Shown: positions 30,771 through 41,166, counted from the first letter of the stretch. The stretch: DNA of 64,000 bases from an uncultured Gammaproteobacteria bacterium (GCA_964523375.1 CAZFYG010000003.1:35471-99470), one strand, 5' to 3'. The notes: generated by a model not told the origin, from the sequence alone. A program made the numbers and translations.

Positions 30771-33632
30771 ATGAAAATTAGAAACATAACACTCGCCCTA
30801 CTACCTTTAATCTATACTTCTTCCATATACGCTTCAGCACTATCAGAGCCTACGAGCTATTCAAAAAATCTGTATACAGAAAATATATTATCTGGTACTT
30901 ATGATAGCAATATAGACAAGCCTGATAATTTTCTTGATTTTGGCTATGGAGAAAGAGTTGCTAGCCCTTCTCAAATAACCAATGCAATCTTGAGTTGGGG
31001 TAACCAATCAAATAAGTTAAAAGTGGTTGAGTATGCTCGTTCGCACGAAAACCGTCCATTATATGCAGTTTATATTTCTTCAGAGGAAAATATCAATCGA
31101 CTTGATGAGATAAAAAAAGATGTAATTAAACTATCCGATGCCAGAGAAATTAATGATTCGAGGGCTAATAAATTAATTGATAAATTGCCAGCAATAGCAT
31201 GGCTAGCCTACTCTATCCATGGAAATGAGACTTCTGGGGCAGATGCAGCGCTAGGGCTCATATATCATCTTATTGCTAGCACAGACAAAGAAGTTATAAA
31301 TATGCTTTCTGAAATGGTAGTAATAGTTGATCCAATGATGAATCCAGATGGAAGAGATAGGTTTGCTAAATCATTAGAGCAATATAGAGGTGTGGCCCCT
31401 AGCTATGATGATCAGTCACTTATCCATACTGGAGATTGGCCTTATGGACGAACTAATCATTATTATTTTGATTTAAATAGAGACTGGATATATCTAACAC
31501 AACCAGAGACACAGGGCCGAGTAGCACTAATAAACCAATGGAGGCCACAAATATTAGTAGATGCGCATGAAATGGGTCCTCAAGATACATTTATGACTGG
31601 GCCTGCTAGAGAACCAATCAATAAAAATATGAGTGAAAACATTATCAAATGGGGAAATATATTTGCTCAGGATCAAGGATCTGAATTTGATAAAAGAGAT
31701 TGGCGTTTTTATACAGGCGAATGGCATGAGGACTTATATCCAGGCTACTCATTTTATGTAAATTTTAGAGGAACATTAGGGATATTATATGAACAGTCAC
31801 GCATGGCTGAAGATGGCGTAAAAAGACCTGAAGGAACCATTCAGTCATACAAAGAGTCAGTTCACCATCAGTTTGTAAGTTCATTAACTAATCTTAAAAC
31901 CTTACAAAATAATAGTAATGAAATGTATCAAGATTATTGGGATGGAAGAAAGTTAAATATATCCAATGAAAGTAAGTGGGCAAATCAATCATTTGTTATA
32001 TTGCCAACAAAAAATAAGAAACGAATAAACACACTTGCAAATAAACTAAAAGCACAAAATATTGAAATTTATACGAATAATAAACCCATAAAAGTTAAAA
32101 AAATTCTAAAGCAATCAGGTGATATTAAAGATGAATTTATAATTCCTATCAACAGCATGATCATACCAAATCGTCAACCTGAAGCACCCTTAGTTTCTGC
32201 TATTCTTGAGTTTGATGCTGATATTGATAATGAAGTTCTTAAGAAGGAAAGACAGGCTACTTTAAAAAATGGTTCATCTATTATGTATGACACAACAGCT
32301 TTTAATTTTACAATGATGTATGGCTTGGATGCTATAACAGTGCCTGAATTTCTTAATGAAGACCTTGAGGAGTGGCTCCCCTCACCTATGACAATTGATG
32401 TAAATGATGAGGCGATTATGTGGGCAGTTGAAGGAGATGATGACTCATCTGTATCATTTGCTGCAAGACTAATGGAGCAGGATGTTATTGTAAGAATTGT
32501 TGATAAAGATTTTTTACTATCAAGTAAATCATTATCAAGAGGTAGTGTAATTGTGCTACAAATGGATAATCCTAATGTTAAAAATTTAACTTCACTTGTA
32601 TCAAATACTGCTACAAATCTAAATATTTCAGTTTTTTCTCTTGATTCAGGCTTTGGAGAAAAAGAATTACCAGATTGGGGCGGCAGGCATTTTAGGCTTT
32701 TAAACAAACCAAAAATAGCAGTTCTTGGTCATAATGGATTTAGCTCATATGATGTTGGCGTAAGCTGGTGGTCACTTGATCATCATCTTGGTATTAGACA
32801 TAGTCTATTGAATACATCAATAATTGGTTATGCTGATTTACGAAGGTATAACACGATAATAATGCCAAGCGGTTTCAGGAGCCTATCACAAGGTGAGACT
32901 TCTGCTCTTAAAGACTGGATTGAACAAGGTGGGACATTAATAGCTCACAATGGAAGCACAAGAAGACTTCTTTCACAGGATTCATTCACTAGTGTAAAAG
33001 AAATTACAAAATCCTTTGATTTAAGTCATCAATACAATGTAGACCTTCAAAGAGAGTTTTTAGCTTTAGATACAATAGTGGATAAAACTAAAGTTAATAA
33101 TAATAAAGTTGATTTCGAACTGAATTACCCATGGGAAAAATCTGATACTAGGATTGACATTGATACATTAAAAAAACGAGATAAATGGCAATCATTATTT
33201 ATGCCTTCTGGAGCCTTTGTTTCGGGAAGAATAGATAGTAGTCATTGGTTAACTTTTGGGGCAATAGACACAATACCCCTTCTCTATTCAAATTATCCAG
33301 TTTTAATGTCTGACTCACGTTCAAATGCAGTTATTAGAATTGGAGAGCTATCAGAGAATGATAAGGTTGATACTTATAGGACTTTGAACTGGTCAGATAT
33401 TCCATCAGGAAATGATCTTAATGTAAGGATGAGTGGTCTAGTTTGGCCTGAAGCTTCAAAGAGAATAGCAAATTCAGCATATTTAACTCAGGAGCGTTAT
33501 GGTAAGGGGCAGATCATCCTGTTCTCTGGTGAACCTAACTTTAGGGGATCTAGCCTTGGCACAAATAGACTTTGGCTTAATGCAGTTGTTTATGGGTCTG
33601 GTTTGGGTACAACTCTAAACTTATCACTCTAA
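30771..33632 (+). CDS. Secreted M14 family zinc carboxypeptidase with a large C-terminal extension
   Basis: Signal peptide; SIHGNETSG and DAHEMG zinc ligands; NPDGR; DLNRDW. Confidence 0.85.
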   Translation: MKIRNITLALLPLIYTSSIYASALSEPTSYSKNLYTENILSGTYDSNIDKPDNFLDFGYGERVASPSQITNAILSWGNQSNKLKVVEYARSHENRPLYAVYISSEENINRLDEIKKDVIKLSDAREINDSRANKLIDKLPAIAWLAYSIHGNETSGADAALGLIYHLIASTDKEVINMLSEMVVIVDPMMNPDGRDRFAKSLEQYRGVAPSYDDQSLIHTGDWPYGRTNHYYFDLNRDWIYLTQPETQGRVALINQWRPQILVDAHEMGPQDTFMTGPAREPINKNMSENIIKWGNIFAQDQGSEFDKRDWRFYTGEWHEDLYPGYSFYVNFRGTLGILYEQSRMAEDGVKRPEGTIQSYKESVHHQFVSSLTNLKTLQNNSNEMYQDYWDGRKLNISNESKWANQSFVILPTKNKKRINTLANKLKAQNIEIYTNNKPIKVKKILKQSGDIKDEFIIPINSMIIPNRQPEAPLVSAILEFDADIDNEVLKKERQATLKNGSSIMYDTTAFNFTMMYGLDAITVPEFLNEDLEEWLPSPMTIDVNDEAIMWAVEGDDDSSVSFAARLMEQDVIVRIVDKDFLLSSKSLSRGSVIVLQMDNPNVKNLTSLVSNTATNLNISVFSLDSGFGEKELPDWGGRHFRLLNKPKIAVLGHNGFSSYDVGVSWWSLDHHLGIRHSLLNTSIIGYADLRRYNTIIMPSGFRSLSQGETSALKDWIEQGGTLIAHNGSTRRLLSQDSFTSVKEITKSFDLSHQYNVDLQREFLALDTIVDKTKVNNNKVDFELNYPWEKSDTRIDIDTLKKRDKWQSLFMPSGAFVSGRIDSSHWLTFGAIDTIPLLYSNYPVLMSDSRSNAVIRIGELSENDKVDTYRTLNWSDIPSGNDLNVRMSGLVWPEASKRIANSAYLTQERYGKGQIILFSGEPNFRGSSLGTNRLWLNAVVYGSGLGTTLNLSL

Positions 33633-33734
33633 ACTTTAGATTTATATATAAATTATAGACTTTAAAAACTTTACTAGTAATTGGTTCATAAGATAGTATT
33701 TAGAGGTATTTAATTATTTAATAGGAGAAAATTT

Positions 33735-34127
33735 ATGAATACAGAGTATGAAATTTGGAACCTTATGTACTTAGGTTTTATTTCTAATGCCATGTTTATG
33801 GTTGCTATGGTTTTGTTAACTTGGTTGGGCTTTAGATTTGCTGCAAGAATTTATGATGATTCTAATGCAAATTTAGCTGCAAAAGTTACTGCAACAGTAT
33901 TTTATTTACTAGTGGGTATTATGTTCTACAATACTGCGCAAATTGGTGGTGCCATCATTGGTGGTGCAGCTGAGAGTCTTTCAGCATTGGAAGAAGTGTC
34001 AACAAGAGGACAGGACCTTATAGACAGAGTTGAATCAGGTTTTGTACCTGGTGGTTTAATATCTTCATTATTAAATGCAGTTATTGTATTTTTTCAACTA
34101 GCTATGACTTGGGGGAAAAAGGCTTAA
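33735..34127 (+). CDS. Hypothetical membrane protein with about 3 TM segments
   Basis: Strong RBS AGGAGA (33723-33728), hydrophobic helices, own terminator; no family recognised. Confidence 0.8.
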   Translation: MNTEYEIWNLMYLGFISNAMFMVAMVLLTWLGFRFAARIYDDSNANLAAKVTATVFYLLVGIMFYNTAQIGGAIIGGAAESLSALEEVSTRGQDLIDRVESGFVPGGLISSLLNAVIVFFQLAMTWGKKA

Positions 34128-34146
34128 TAATATCTAAAGCTTTTAT

Positions 34147-34171
34147 AAAGGGGATTAATATCCCCTTTTTT
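34147..34171 (+). terminator. Intrinsic terminator
   Basis: AAAGGGGAT-TAAT-ATCCCCTTT perfect 9-bp stem followed by a T run. Confidence 0.85.
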
Positions 34172-34203
34172 ATTTCCAAAAATAAAATATACTCATTAAG
34201 TTC

Positions 34204-35664
34204 ATGTATAAAACATTATTTAATAATTTATGGAAGGCAACAACAGCTTATATGGTTGGGACCTTTGCATTAATTCAATTTGCCAGCGTTTCATTTACAT
34301 ATTTTGATCTAGAAGCATCTATAGGCTTTACAAATACAGAGCTAATGAAAATTTTATATGCTGTCCTAGCAATTGGATTTCCATCTACTCTTGCCTTAGT
34401 TTTCTTCTTTAAAAGAGGTGTAATAGATAATGATGAAGTTTACTCACATAATCCATTGTCAGATAATAAAAAAATTGGTGCATATAAACAAAAAATAGCT
34501 GTAATACCATTTACAAATTTAAATAAAGATGATGATGGCTCTTTCCTTGTTGATGGAATTGTTGAAGATTTAATAACAGAGTTCTCAATGATTAAAGAAA
34601 TAGAGATACTTTCTAGACAGACTTGTTTTGATTATAGAGATAAAAATTATGATATTGACAAATTCAAAAAAGATTTTGATTTAGATTATCTAGTTTCTGG
34701 AAGTATAAGAATCTTAGATAACAGGCTTAGAGTTTCAGTTGAGCTGTCAGAAACAATTGAAGGTAATGTAATTTGGTCTAATAAATACGATAGAGTTAAA
34801 GAAGATATATTTGATATACAAGACGAAATTGTTAGAAAAATAGTTATCTCCTTAATTGGTGAAATTGAATTTTCAAGTTTAGAGAGGTCGAAAAGAAAAC
34901 CAACAGAAAACATTACATCCTATGAGTATCTTCTTAAAGGAAAAGATCTTCATCACAAATTTAATAAAGAAGCCAATGAAGAGGCTCTAATTGCGTTAGA
35001 TGCATCAATTATTGCCGATAAATCAAATTCACAAGCATATGCTTGGAAGGCCTGTGCTTTAGGTCAGGCTTACGGCAGAGGATATATACCGATTAGTGAT
35101 GAGTTATATAAATCAATCATGGAAAATATAAATAAAGCTGTTGAACTAAACAATAATGATTTTGAAGCTCATAGGATGCTTGCAGAAGTTCATCTCTCTC
35201 TTCATGATTTTGATAAAGCCCTTCTTCATGGAACTAAGGCATTTCAACTAAACCCAAATGATCCTAGAGTTACCTCTGTATATGGTGAAATATTAGTTAG
35301 AGTAAAAAAAATACCAGAAGGATTAGATATGTTAGAGAAAGCATACGAACTGGATCCTGTTCCTCAGGGACAATCTACGTCTGATAAGAGAATTAGTGCA
35401 CTTATAACTGGATATTATTTATCAAATAACTTAGAACGATGCATTGAATTGTTTAAATCAATAACTGACATAGATTTTAGATCATGGTTAATGGTTTTAG
35501 ATATAAACATAAACCATGAGAATAAAAATCTAGATTCAATAAAGATGCATTCAAATAAATTTAAAGAAATTGATTACAACCTAGAAATCGATAGATTTCA
35601 TTTAAATGATAAAATTCTTAAGGATTCATTAATTAAGAGAGCTAAAGAAGAGCTCTTTGCATAA
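34204..35664 (+). CDS. Membrane-anchored TolB-like/TPR protein, paralog 1
   Basis: Two N-terminal TM helices, IAVIPFTNL...DGIVEDLI...WSNKYD...IFDIQDEI domain, then TPR-like repeats. Confidence 0.8.
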   Translation: MYKTLFNNLWKATTAYMVGTFALIQFASVSFTYFDLEASIGFTNTELMKILYAVLAIGFPSTLALVFFFKRGVIDNDEVYSHNPLSDNKKIGAYKQKIAVIPFTNLNKDDDGSFLVDGIVEDLITEFSMIKEIEILSRQTCFDYRDKNYDIDKFKKDFDLDYLVSGSIRILDNRLRVSVELSETIEGNVIWSNKYDRVKEDIFDIQDEIVRKIVISLIGEIEFSSLERSKRKPTENITSYEYLLKGKDLHHKFNKEANEEALIALDASIIADKSNSQAYAWKACALGQAYGRGYIPISDELYKSIMENINKAVELNNNDFEAHRMLAEVHLSLHDFDKALLHGTKAFQLNPNDPRVTSVYGEILVRVKKIPEGLDMLEKAYELDPVPQGQSTSDKRISALITGYYLSNNLERCIELFKSITDIDFRSWLMVLDININHENKNLDSIKMHSNKFKEIDYNLEIDRFHLNDKILKDSLIKRAKEELFA

Positions 35665-35708
35665 TAAAAAAGTTTTTCAAATTAAAGTAATTTGTTTATT
35701 ATATTATT

Positions 35709-37199
35709 ATGAGTAAAGCAAAAATGGCATCTTCATTTTTAAAGATAAAATTTCATAACATCGGCTCTGTTTTATTTAAAACTGCTGGAACTTATGTGGT
35801 GTCAGGATTTGCTTTAATCCAACTATCTAGTATTGTGGTTGATAATATTTCCACTGAAGAACTTCTTGGGATTGCTTCAGAATCATTCATGCAATTACTA
35901 TTTATAGTTATTATTTTAGGCTTTCCGCTCTCTTTAATATTAGCTTTTATATTTAAAAGAAAGAGCATTAGCAATGAAACTCTTAAAGATTACGAATCAC
36001 TAAAAAAAATAATCACTAATAAAAAACCGAAGGTTGGACTCATCCCCTTTGAAAATTTAAATGATGATTCAGATGGTGCTTTTCTTGTAGATGGCATAGT
36101 TGAGGATCTAATAACTGAACTTTCGATGGTAAAAGAGATTTCTGTAGCAACAAGAAAGACATGCTTTGGGTTTAAGAATAAAGACTATACAACCGAGGCA
36201 TTTAAAGAAGAATGGGGTTTTGACTACGTTGTCTCAGGAAGTATTAGGTCATCGAATGATAAATTACGAATATCAGTTGAATTAAGTGATATGGACAATG
36301 ACGAAGTTATTTGGAGCAATAAATACGATAAATTCAAAACAGATATCTTCTCTTTACAAGATGAAATTGTAACGCAAATAATATTTTCTATAATTGGTGA
36401 AATTGAGATCACTAGTTTAAAAAGAGCGCACAGAAAACCAACAGAAAGTATGACATCCTATGAATACACTCTCCAAGGTAGAGCGCTTAATCAAAAATTT
36501 GAGAAAGAAGCTAATGCAGAAGCTATAAAGATGCTAGATGCAGCCATTGAAGCAGATGAACTAAACCCCCTTCCTCACTCATGGAAAGCATGTACACTAG
36601 GTCAGTCAATGTTTCTAGGTTTTAAGGAAAGAGATGAAGTGATGCCTGCAATGCTTGAATCGCTTAGTAAAGCAAATGAGTTAAATGATAATGATTGGAA
36701 TACCAATAGAATACTAGCTGAAGCTAGCCTTACTATGAATAATTTTGAACAAACAAAGCTTTATGCAACAAAGGCCTATAGGGCAAATCCAAATAACCCC
36801 CATGTACTATCAATATACGGAGAATCCTTGTTAAGAAATGGAGATATAGAAACTGCAATAAAAATATTTGAAAAAATGCATGAGCTTGAACCTATTGTTG
36901 CAGCTGATTTAAACTCAGATAGACCAATCCAGGCCAAACTATTTGCATATTATTCAGATGGAAATCTAGCTAAATGCAAAGAGCTACTCTCCTTATTAGA
37001 AGATTTTAGTACCAAAACATGGATTTCATTATTAGATTTACATGTTAAAAATAACGAAAGTTATAAAGAAGAGTTGTGGTATTCCAAAGGTTTAAATAAG
37101 TTCAAAGATATAAACTGGGATGACGAAATAAAGACTTATCACTTAAGCGATAAAAATATGATAGAGAGTTTAACAAAGACAACTACCTTATTCGCTTAA
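35709..37199 (+). CDS. Membrane-anchored TolB-like/TPR protein, paralog 2
   Basis: Same architecture; shares FLVDGIVEDLITE, WSNKYD, RKPTE..TSYEY and WKAC.LGQ with paralog 1. Confidence 0.8.
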   Translation: MSKAKMASSFLKIKFHNIGSVLFKTAGTYVVSGFALIQLSSIVVDNISTEELLGIASESFMQLLFIVIILGFPLSLILAFIFKRKSISNETLKDYESLKKIITNKKPKVGLIPFENLNDDSDGAFLVDGIVEDLITELSMVKEISVATRKTCFGFKNKDYTTEAFKEEWGFDYVVSGSIRSSNDKLRISVELSDMDNDEVIWSNKYDKFKTDIFSLQDEIVTQIIFSIIGEIEITSLKRAHRKPTESMTSYEYTLQGRALNQKFEKEANAEAIKMLDAAIEADELNPLPHSWKACTLGQSMFLGFKERDEVMPAMLESLSKANELNDNDWNTNRILAEASLTMNNFEQTKLYATKAYRANPNNPHVLSIYGESLLRNGDIETAIKIFEKMHELEPIVAADLNSDRPIQAKLFAYYSDGNLAKCKELLSLLEDFSTKTWISLLDLHVKNNESYKEELWYSKGLNKFKDINWDDEIKTYHLSDKNMIESLTKTTTLFA

Positions 37200-37220
37200 T
37201 ACTAAAAGAATACAACCAAA

Positions 37221-39311
37221 ATGAAGAAAGCCTTTTTATTACTAATATTAATTAATACATCCTGTACAACCATGATAGAAAATAAACCCGAAGCAAAAAA
37301 AATACCATTTAATCTTACAGCTCATAATGATACAAGAATTGATAATTATTATTGGCTTAGAGATGACAGTAGATCAGATGTTGAAATGCTTAACTATCTA
37401 AAAGAAGAAAATCATTACAAAGCTAAATGGTTTGCAGAAAACAAACCTTATACCGCTGAGTTAATAGAAAAATATGTTAGTCAGCTACCAAAAGAAGAAG
37501 TGTCGCATCCAAGAATAAATGGTGATTTTAAATACTTCACAAAAATTAATAATAATGAACAGCTAAAACGCATATATAGATCATCAAATCAAAATGAAGA
37601 ACTTTTGTATGATCCAAATATAAAACTGCAAAATCAAGAATACTATGATATTTATGGAATTTTTCCATCTAATGACAATGAATTAATTGCTCTAAGTGAA
37701 GACAATAATGGTAGACGAGTATATTCAATTAAATTCTTAGAGCCTCTTAGTAAAACCTTTAATGAACAGGTTATTGAAGGTACTAGTGGCAAGGTTGTTT
37801 GGTCAAAAAATAATAATTACATATATTATATAAAAAAAGATAAAACTACATTAATTGCAAATTCTGTTTATAGGCATAAAGTAGGCTCTAATATAAATGA
37901 CGACACTTTGCTTTATAAGGAAACTGATGAATCATTTGAGCTTACTTTATCTAAATCAAGTGATAAAAATCTTCTTTATATAAATATAAATGCTACAGAT
38001 AATAATGAAATAAGAATTTTAAATTTAGACACTCCTCTTGCTTCACCAGAAATTTTTATAACTAGAGAAACAGATCATTTATATTATCTTGAGCATACTG
38101 GTGACAATAGTTTTCTTGTTTTAAGCAATAAAAATGCACCTAACTTCAAAGTATTAAAATCAATATCTGTTAATAATAGAGATATAGATTCAATGGAAAC
38201 TGTTGTTGCACACTCCAATGATATATACATTAATAATATTCTTTTAATAAAAAACACTTTGATTCAGGAAGTAAGAGCTAATGGTCTTCCTGAACTTTAT
38301 TTATATAATCTAACTTCAGAGAAAACAACTCATTTACCTTTTGAGGACAATGCTTATGATGTTTGGATTGATCAAATCCATTCTGATACCAAAAACCTTT
38401 TTTATAATTACACCAGCCTTTTAAGACCACAGGTTATATATAAATTAAATCTAGATGATTTTAAATCTGAGTTAGTTTGGGAGAAAGAGATAGTTGGATT
38501 CAAAAGAGATACCTATGAAGATAATAGGTTTTTTATAACAGCTAGAGATGGTGAACAAATACCAGTTATAACTGTTTCAAAAAAAGGAATAGATCCTAAA
38601 AAATCACCTATTTTATTTTATGGCTATGGATCTTATGGAATAAATATTGATGCTACATTTAGACAATCAATAATACCCTTGCTTGATAAAGGTTTTATTT
38701 TTTCAATTATCAATATCAGGGGTGGCGGTGAAATGGGTAAAAGCTGGTATGAAGACGGTAGGATGATGAATAAAATGAACACCTTCTTTGATTTTAATGA
38801 CTCAGTTAAAGCTGTATTGAATAAAGGTATTGGTGATCCTAAAAATGTATTTGCCAGAGGTGGCAGCGCTGGTGGCTTGTTAATGGGAGCTATTATAAAT
38901 CTTGAACCCGAACTCTATAAGGGGATTTTATCAGGTGTTCCATTTGTAGATGTTTTAACAACAATGTCAGACGCATCCATACCCTTAACCACATTTGAGT
39001 ACGGTGAATGGGGAAACCCTGATGTAAAAGAGCATTATGAATACATGAAACAATATTCCCCATATGACAATATTGATTATAAGAACTACCCCGCTATCTT
39101 TATCACATCAAGCCTGTATGACTCACAAGTTCAATATTTTGAACCAGCTAAATATATAGCAAAAATTAGAGATTTTAATCAATCAAATAATCCTATTTTA
39201 ATGGATATGAACCTTATAGGTGGGCATGGTGGCATGAGTGGTCAAATCAATCAATTTAATGAGATTGCTGAAGAATTCAACTTTATTTTAAATTTATCGG
39301 AACAAGATTAA
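37221..39311 (+). CDS. ptrB: Oligopeptidase B (S9A), probably exported or a lipoprotein
   Basis: DNYYWLRD, RGGGEMG, GGSAGG (Ser), DSQV (Asp), GGHGG (His); N-terminal hydrophobic stretch ending in TSC. Confidence 0.9.
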   Translation: MKKAFLLLILINTSCTTMIENKPEAKKIPFNLTAHNDTRIDNYYWLRDDSRSDVEMLNYLKEENHYKAKWFAENKPYTAELIEKYVSQLPKEEVSHPRINGDFKYFTKINNNEQLKRIYRSSNQNEELLYDPNIKLQNQEYYDIYGIFPSNDNELIALSEDNNGRRVYSIKFLEPLSKTFNEQVIEGTSGKVVWSKNNNYIYYIKKDKTTLIANSVYRHKVGSNINDDTLLYKETDESFELTLSKSSDKNLLYININATDNNEIRILNLDTPLASPEIFITRETDHLYYLEHTGDNSFLVLSNKNAPNFKVLKSISVNNRDIDSMETVVAHSNDIYINNILLIKNTLIQEVRANGLPELYLYNLTSEKTTHLPFEDNAYDVWIDQIHSDTKNLFYNYTSLLRPQVIYKLNLDDFKSELVWEKEIVGFKRDTYEDNRFFITARDGEQIPVITVSKKGIDPKKSPILFYGYGSYGINIDATFRQSIIPLLDKGFIFSIINIRGGGEMGKSWYEDGRMMNKMNTFFDFNDSVKAVLNKGIGDPKNVFARGGSAGGLLMGAIINLEPELYKGILSGVPFVDVLTTMSDASIPLTTFEYGEWGNPDVKEHYEYMKQYSPYDNIDYKNYPAIFITSSLYDSQVQYFEPAKYIAKIRDFNQSNNPILMDMNLIGGHGGMSGQINQFNEIAEEFNFILNLSEQD

Positions 39312-40216
39312 CTGTATATAACAATAAGGTATGCAGTTGGTAATGCGATCAACCATAAGGCTAAACCAAAAACAAAAGGTTTAAATGATAAACTTTTAAA
39401 ATCAATTGAAGAGGTTTGCGTTCCAATACAAAACAGACCAGTAATTAAAAAAATTTTACTGATGTCTCTAAGCAACAATTCTATTTGAATTGACATTTGG
39501 CTATAAGAGTTAATCAGAACAGCTACAATAAAAAAGAAAACGAACTTAGGATATTTAGACTTAGATTCATCATTCTTATAAATAAAATTTAATAAAATTA
39601 TTAAAGGTATAAGCCATAGTGTTCTTGCCATCTTTAGCGTTGCTGCAACTTCAACAGATTCTGGGCTATATCCTAAGGCTGTCCCAATCACAGATGATGT
39701 GTCATGAACTGCTAACGCAACAAATGAACCAAATTCAACTTCTGTAAGAGATAAGGCTGAGCCTATATAAGGAAATGATATAAGGGCAATAATATTGAAT
39801 ATGAATATTGTTGTTAAGGCTATCACTAATTCATGAGGTTTTGCTTTTATAATGGGTGCAACTGCTGCAATGGCAGTAGCGCCGCATATAGCAGCTCCAG
39901 ATGATATTAAAATAGAAAGGGTCTTATCTAAACTAAATATTCTAGATATTAGAAGCCCTCCGAAGAAAGATAAAAAGACAAATAAAGTTATCCAGCTTAA
40001 GTAGTTCTCACCTGTTTCATATACAGAACCCAATCCAATTGTTAGGCCTAAAATAACAATGCCAATTTGCAAAGGTATAGTTGATACTCTTCTAGTTATA
40101 AAATCTATTTCAGGTTTATAGAAAAAAGAAAATGCCACTCCTAAACAAACTGAAAAGGCGGCGTTACCAATAATTAATGCTGAAGCAAGAAATGAAATTG
40201 AAATTAAATATATCAA
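39308..40216 (-). CDS. YeiH family membrane protein (putative sulfate exporter), TTG start
   Basis: GAAICGATAIAA, AVHDTSSV, LKMARTLWL. Confidence 0.85.
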   Translation of the reverse strand: MIYLISISFLASALIIGNAAFSVCLGVAFSFFYKPEIDFITRRVSTIPLQIGIVILGLTIGLGSVYETGENYLSWITLFVFLSFFGGLLISRIFSLDKTLSILISSGAAICGATAIAAVAPIIKAKPHELVIALTTIFIFNIIALISFPYIGSALSLTEVEFGSFVALAVHDTSSVIGTALGYSPESVEVAATLKMARTLWLIPLIILLNFIYKNDESKSKYPKFVFFFIVAVLINSYSQMSIQIELLLRDISKIFLITGLFCIGTQTSSIDFKSLSFKPFVFGLALWLIALPTAYLIVIYS

Positions 40217-40245
40217 GAAAAGTATTTAATATTTAAATAGATCAT

Positions 40246-41166
40246 TCAGGTTATAGGCTTTAAATTTGAACAAACACGATTGTATTCATTTATAGTATCT
40301 TCAATAATTTCTTTAACAGGTTTAATTTCAGATATTAGGCCAACAGATTGTCCTGATAATGCTGGAGCTGCATTCATGTCACCATCAAAATATAGATTTT
40401 TAATATTCATTAATGCAGACATGTCCATTTTCCCATCTTCATTTATTTTATTAGTTAAATCTGTTTTCAGCGCCCTAATAACTGGTTTAGATTTTTTATT
40501 AAGAACTAGAGTTCCATCAATAGGAGAGTCAATAATAGAGTTCTTAAAATTATTATGTACAGGTGATTCAAGGCTAGATACAAATCTTGTTCCCATCTGT
40601 ATTCCATCTGCGCCAGCCGCTATAGCCGAAGCCATACCAATACCATCCACAATCCCACCGGCTGCTATTAATGGGATATCTATTTGTTTTTTTATTGCTT
40701 GTATTAAAACTGTTAAGCCAACTTCTACAGGGCTCTTAAAGCCCCCTCCTTCAGTTCCTTCTACAACCAACCCATCAACCCCTGCGTTATATGCTTTTAA
40801 TGCTCCATCAAGGCTTGGAACGGCATGATAAACAACGATACCAGCATCTTTCAGCACTTTTACATATTTAGTTGGATCACCTGCTGAGGTTGTTACAAAC
40901 TTTACTCCATGCTCAACACAAAAATTTACCATTGAATCATCCTTAAGGAAAAGAAGAGGGAGATTCACACCAAAGGGCTTATCAGTGAGAGACGACATTT
41001 TAGCTATCTCATTTTTACAAATATCAACTTCACCAGAGGATGTTTCAATAATACCAAGGCCTCCAGCATTGCAAACAGCAGAAGCTAATTTACTTCTTGC
41101 AATCCATCCCATTGGAGCCTGAATAATTGGGTATTTGACACCAGAGTGTTCTAGAAATTTATTCAT
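40246..41166 (-). CDS. Nitronate monooxygenase/FabK-like FMN oxidoreductase
   Basis: IIQAPMG, AGGLG, FGVNL, IAAGGI, QMGTRF. Confidence 0.85.
   Translation of the reverse strand: MNKFLEHSGVKYPIIQAPMGWIARSKLASAVCNAGGLGIIETSSGEVDICKNEIAKMSSLTDKPFGVNLPLLFLKDDSMVNFCVEHGVKFVTTSAGDPTKYVKVLKDAGIVVYHAVPSLDGALKAYNAGVDGLVVEGTEGGGFKSPVEVGLTVLIQAIKKQIDIPLIAAGGIVDGIGMASAIAAGADGIQMGTRFVSSLESPVHNNFKNSIIDSPIDGTLVLNKKSKPVIRALKTDLTNKINEDGKMDMSALMNIKNLYFDGDMNAAPALSGQSVGLISEIKPVKEIIEDTINEYNRVCSNLKPIT

Noticed and set aside
29590-39311. Integrated Xer-exploiting element or prophage next to dif
   Set aside because: No second convincing dif/att copy and no integrase, replication or phage genes; flanking genes look metabolic.
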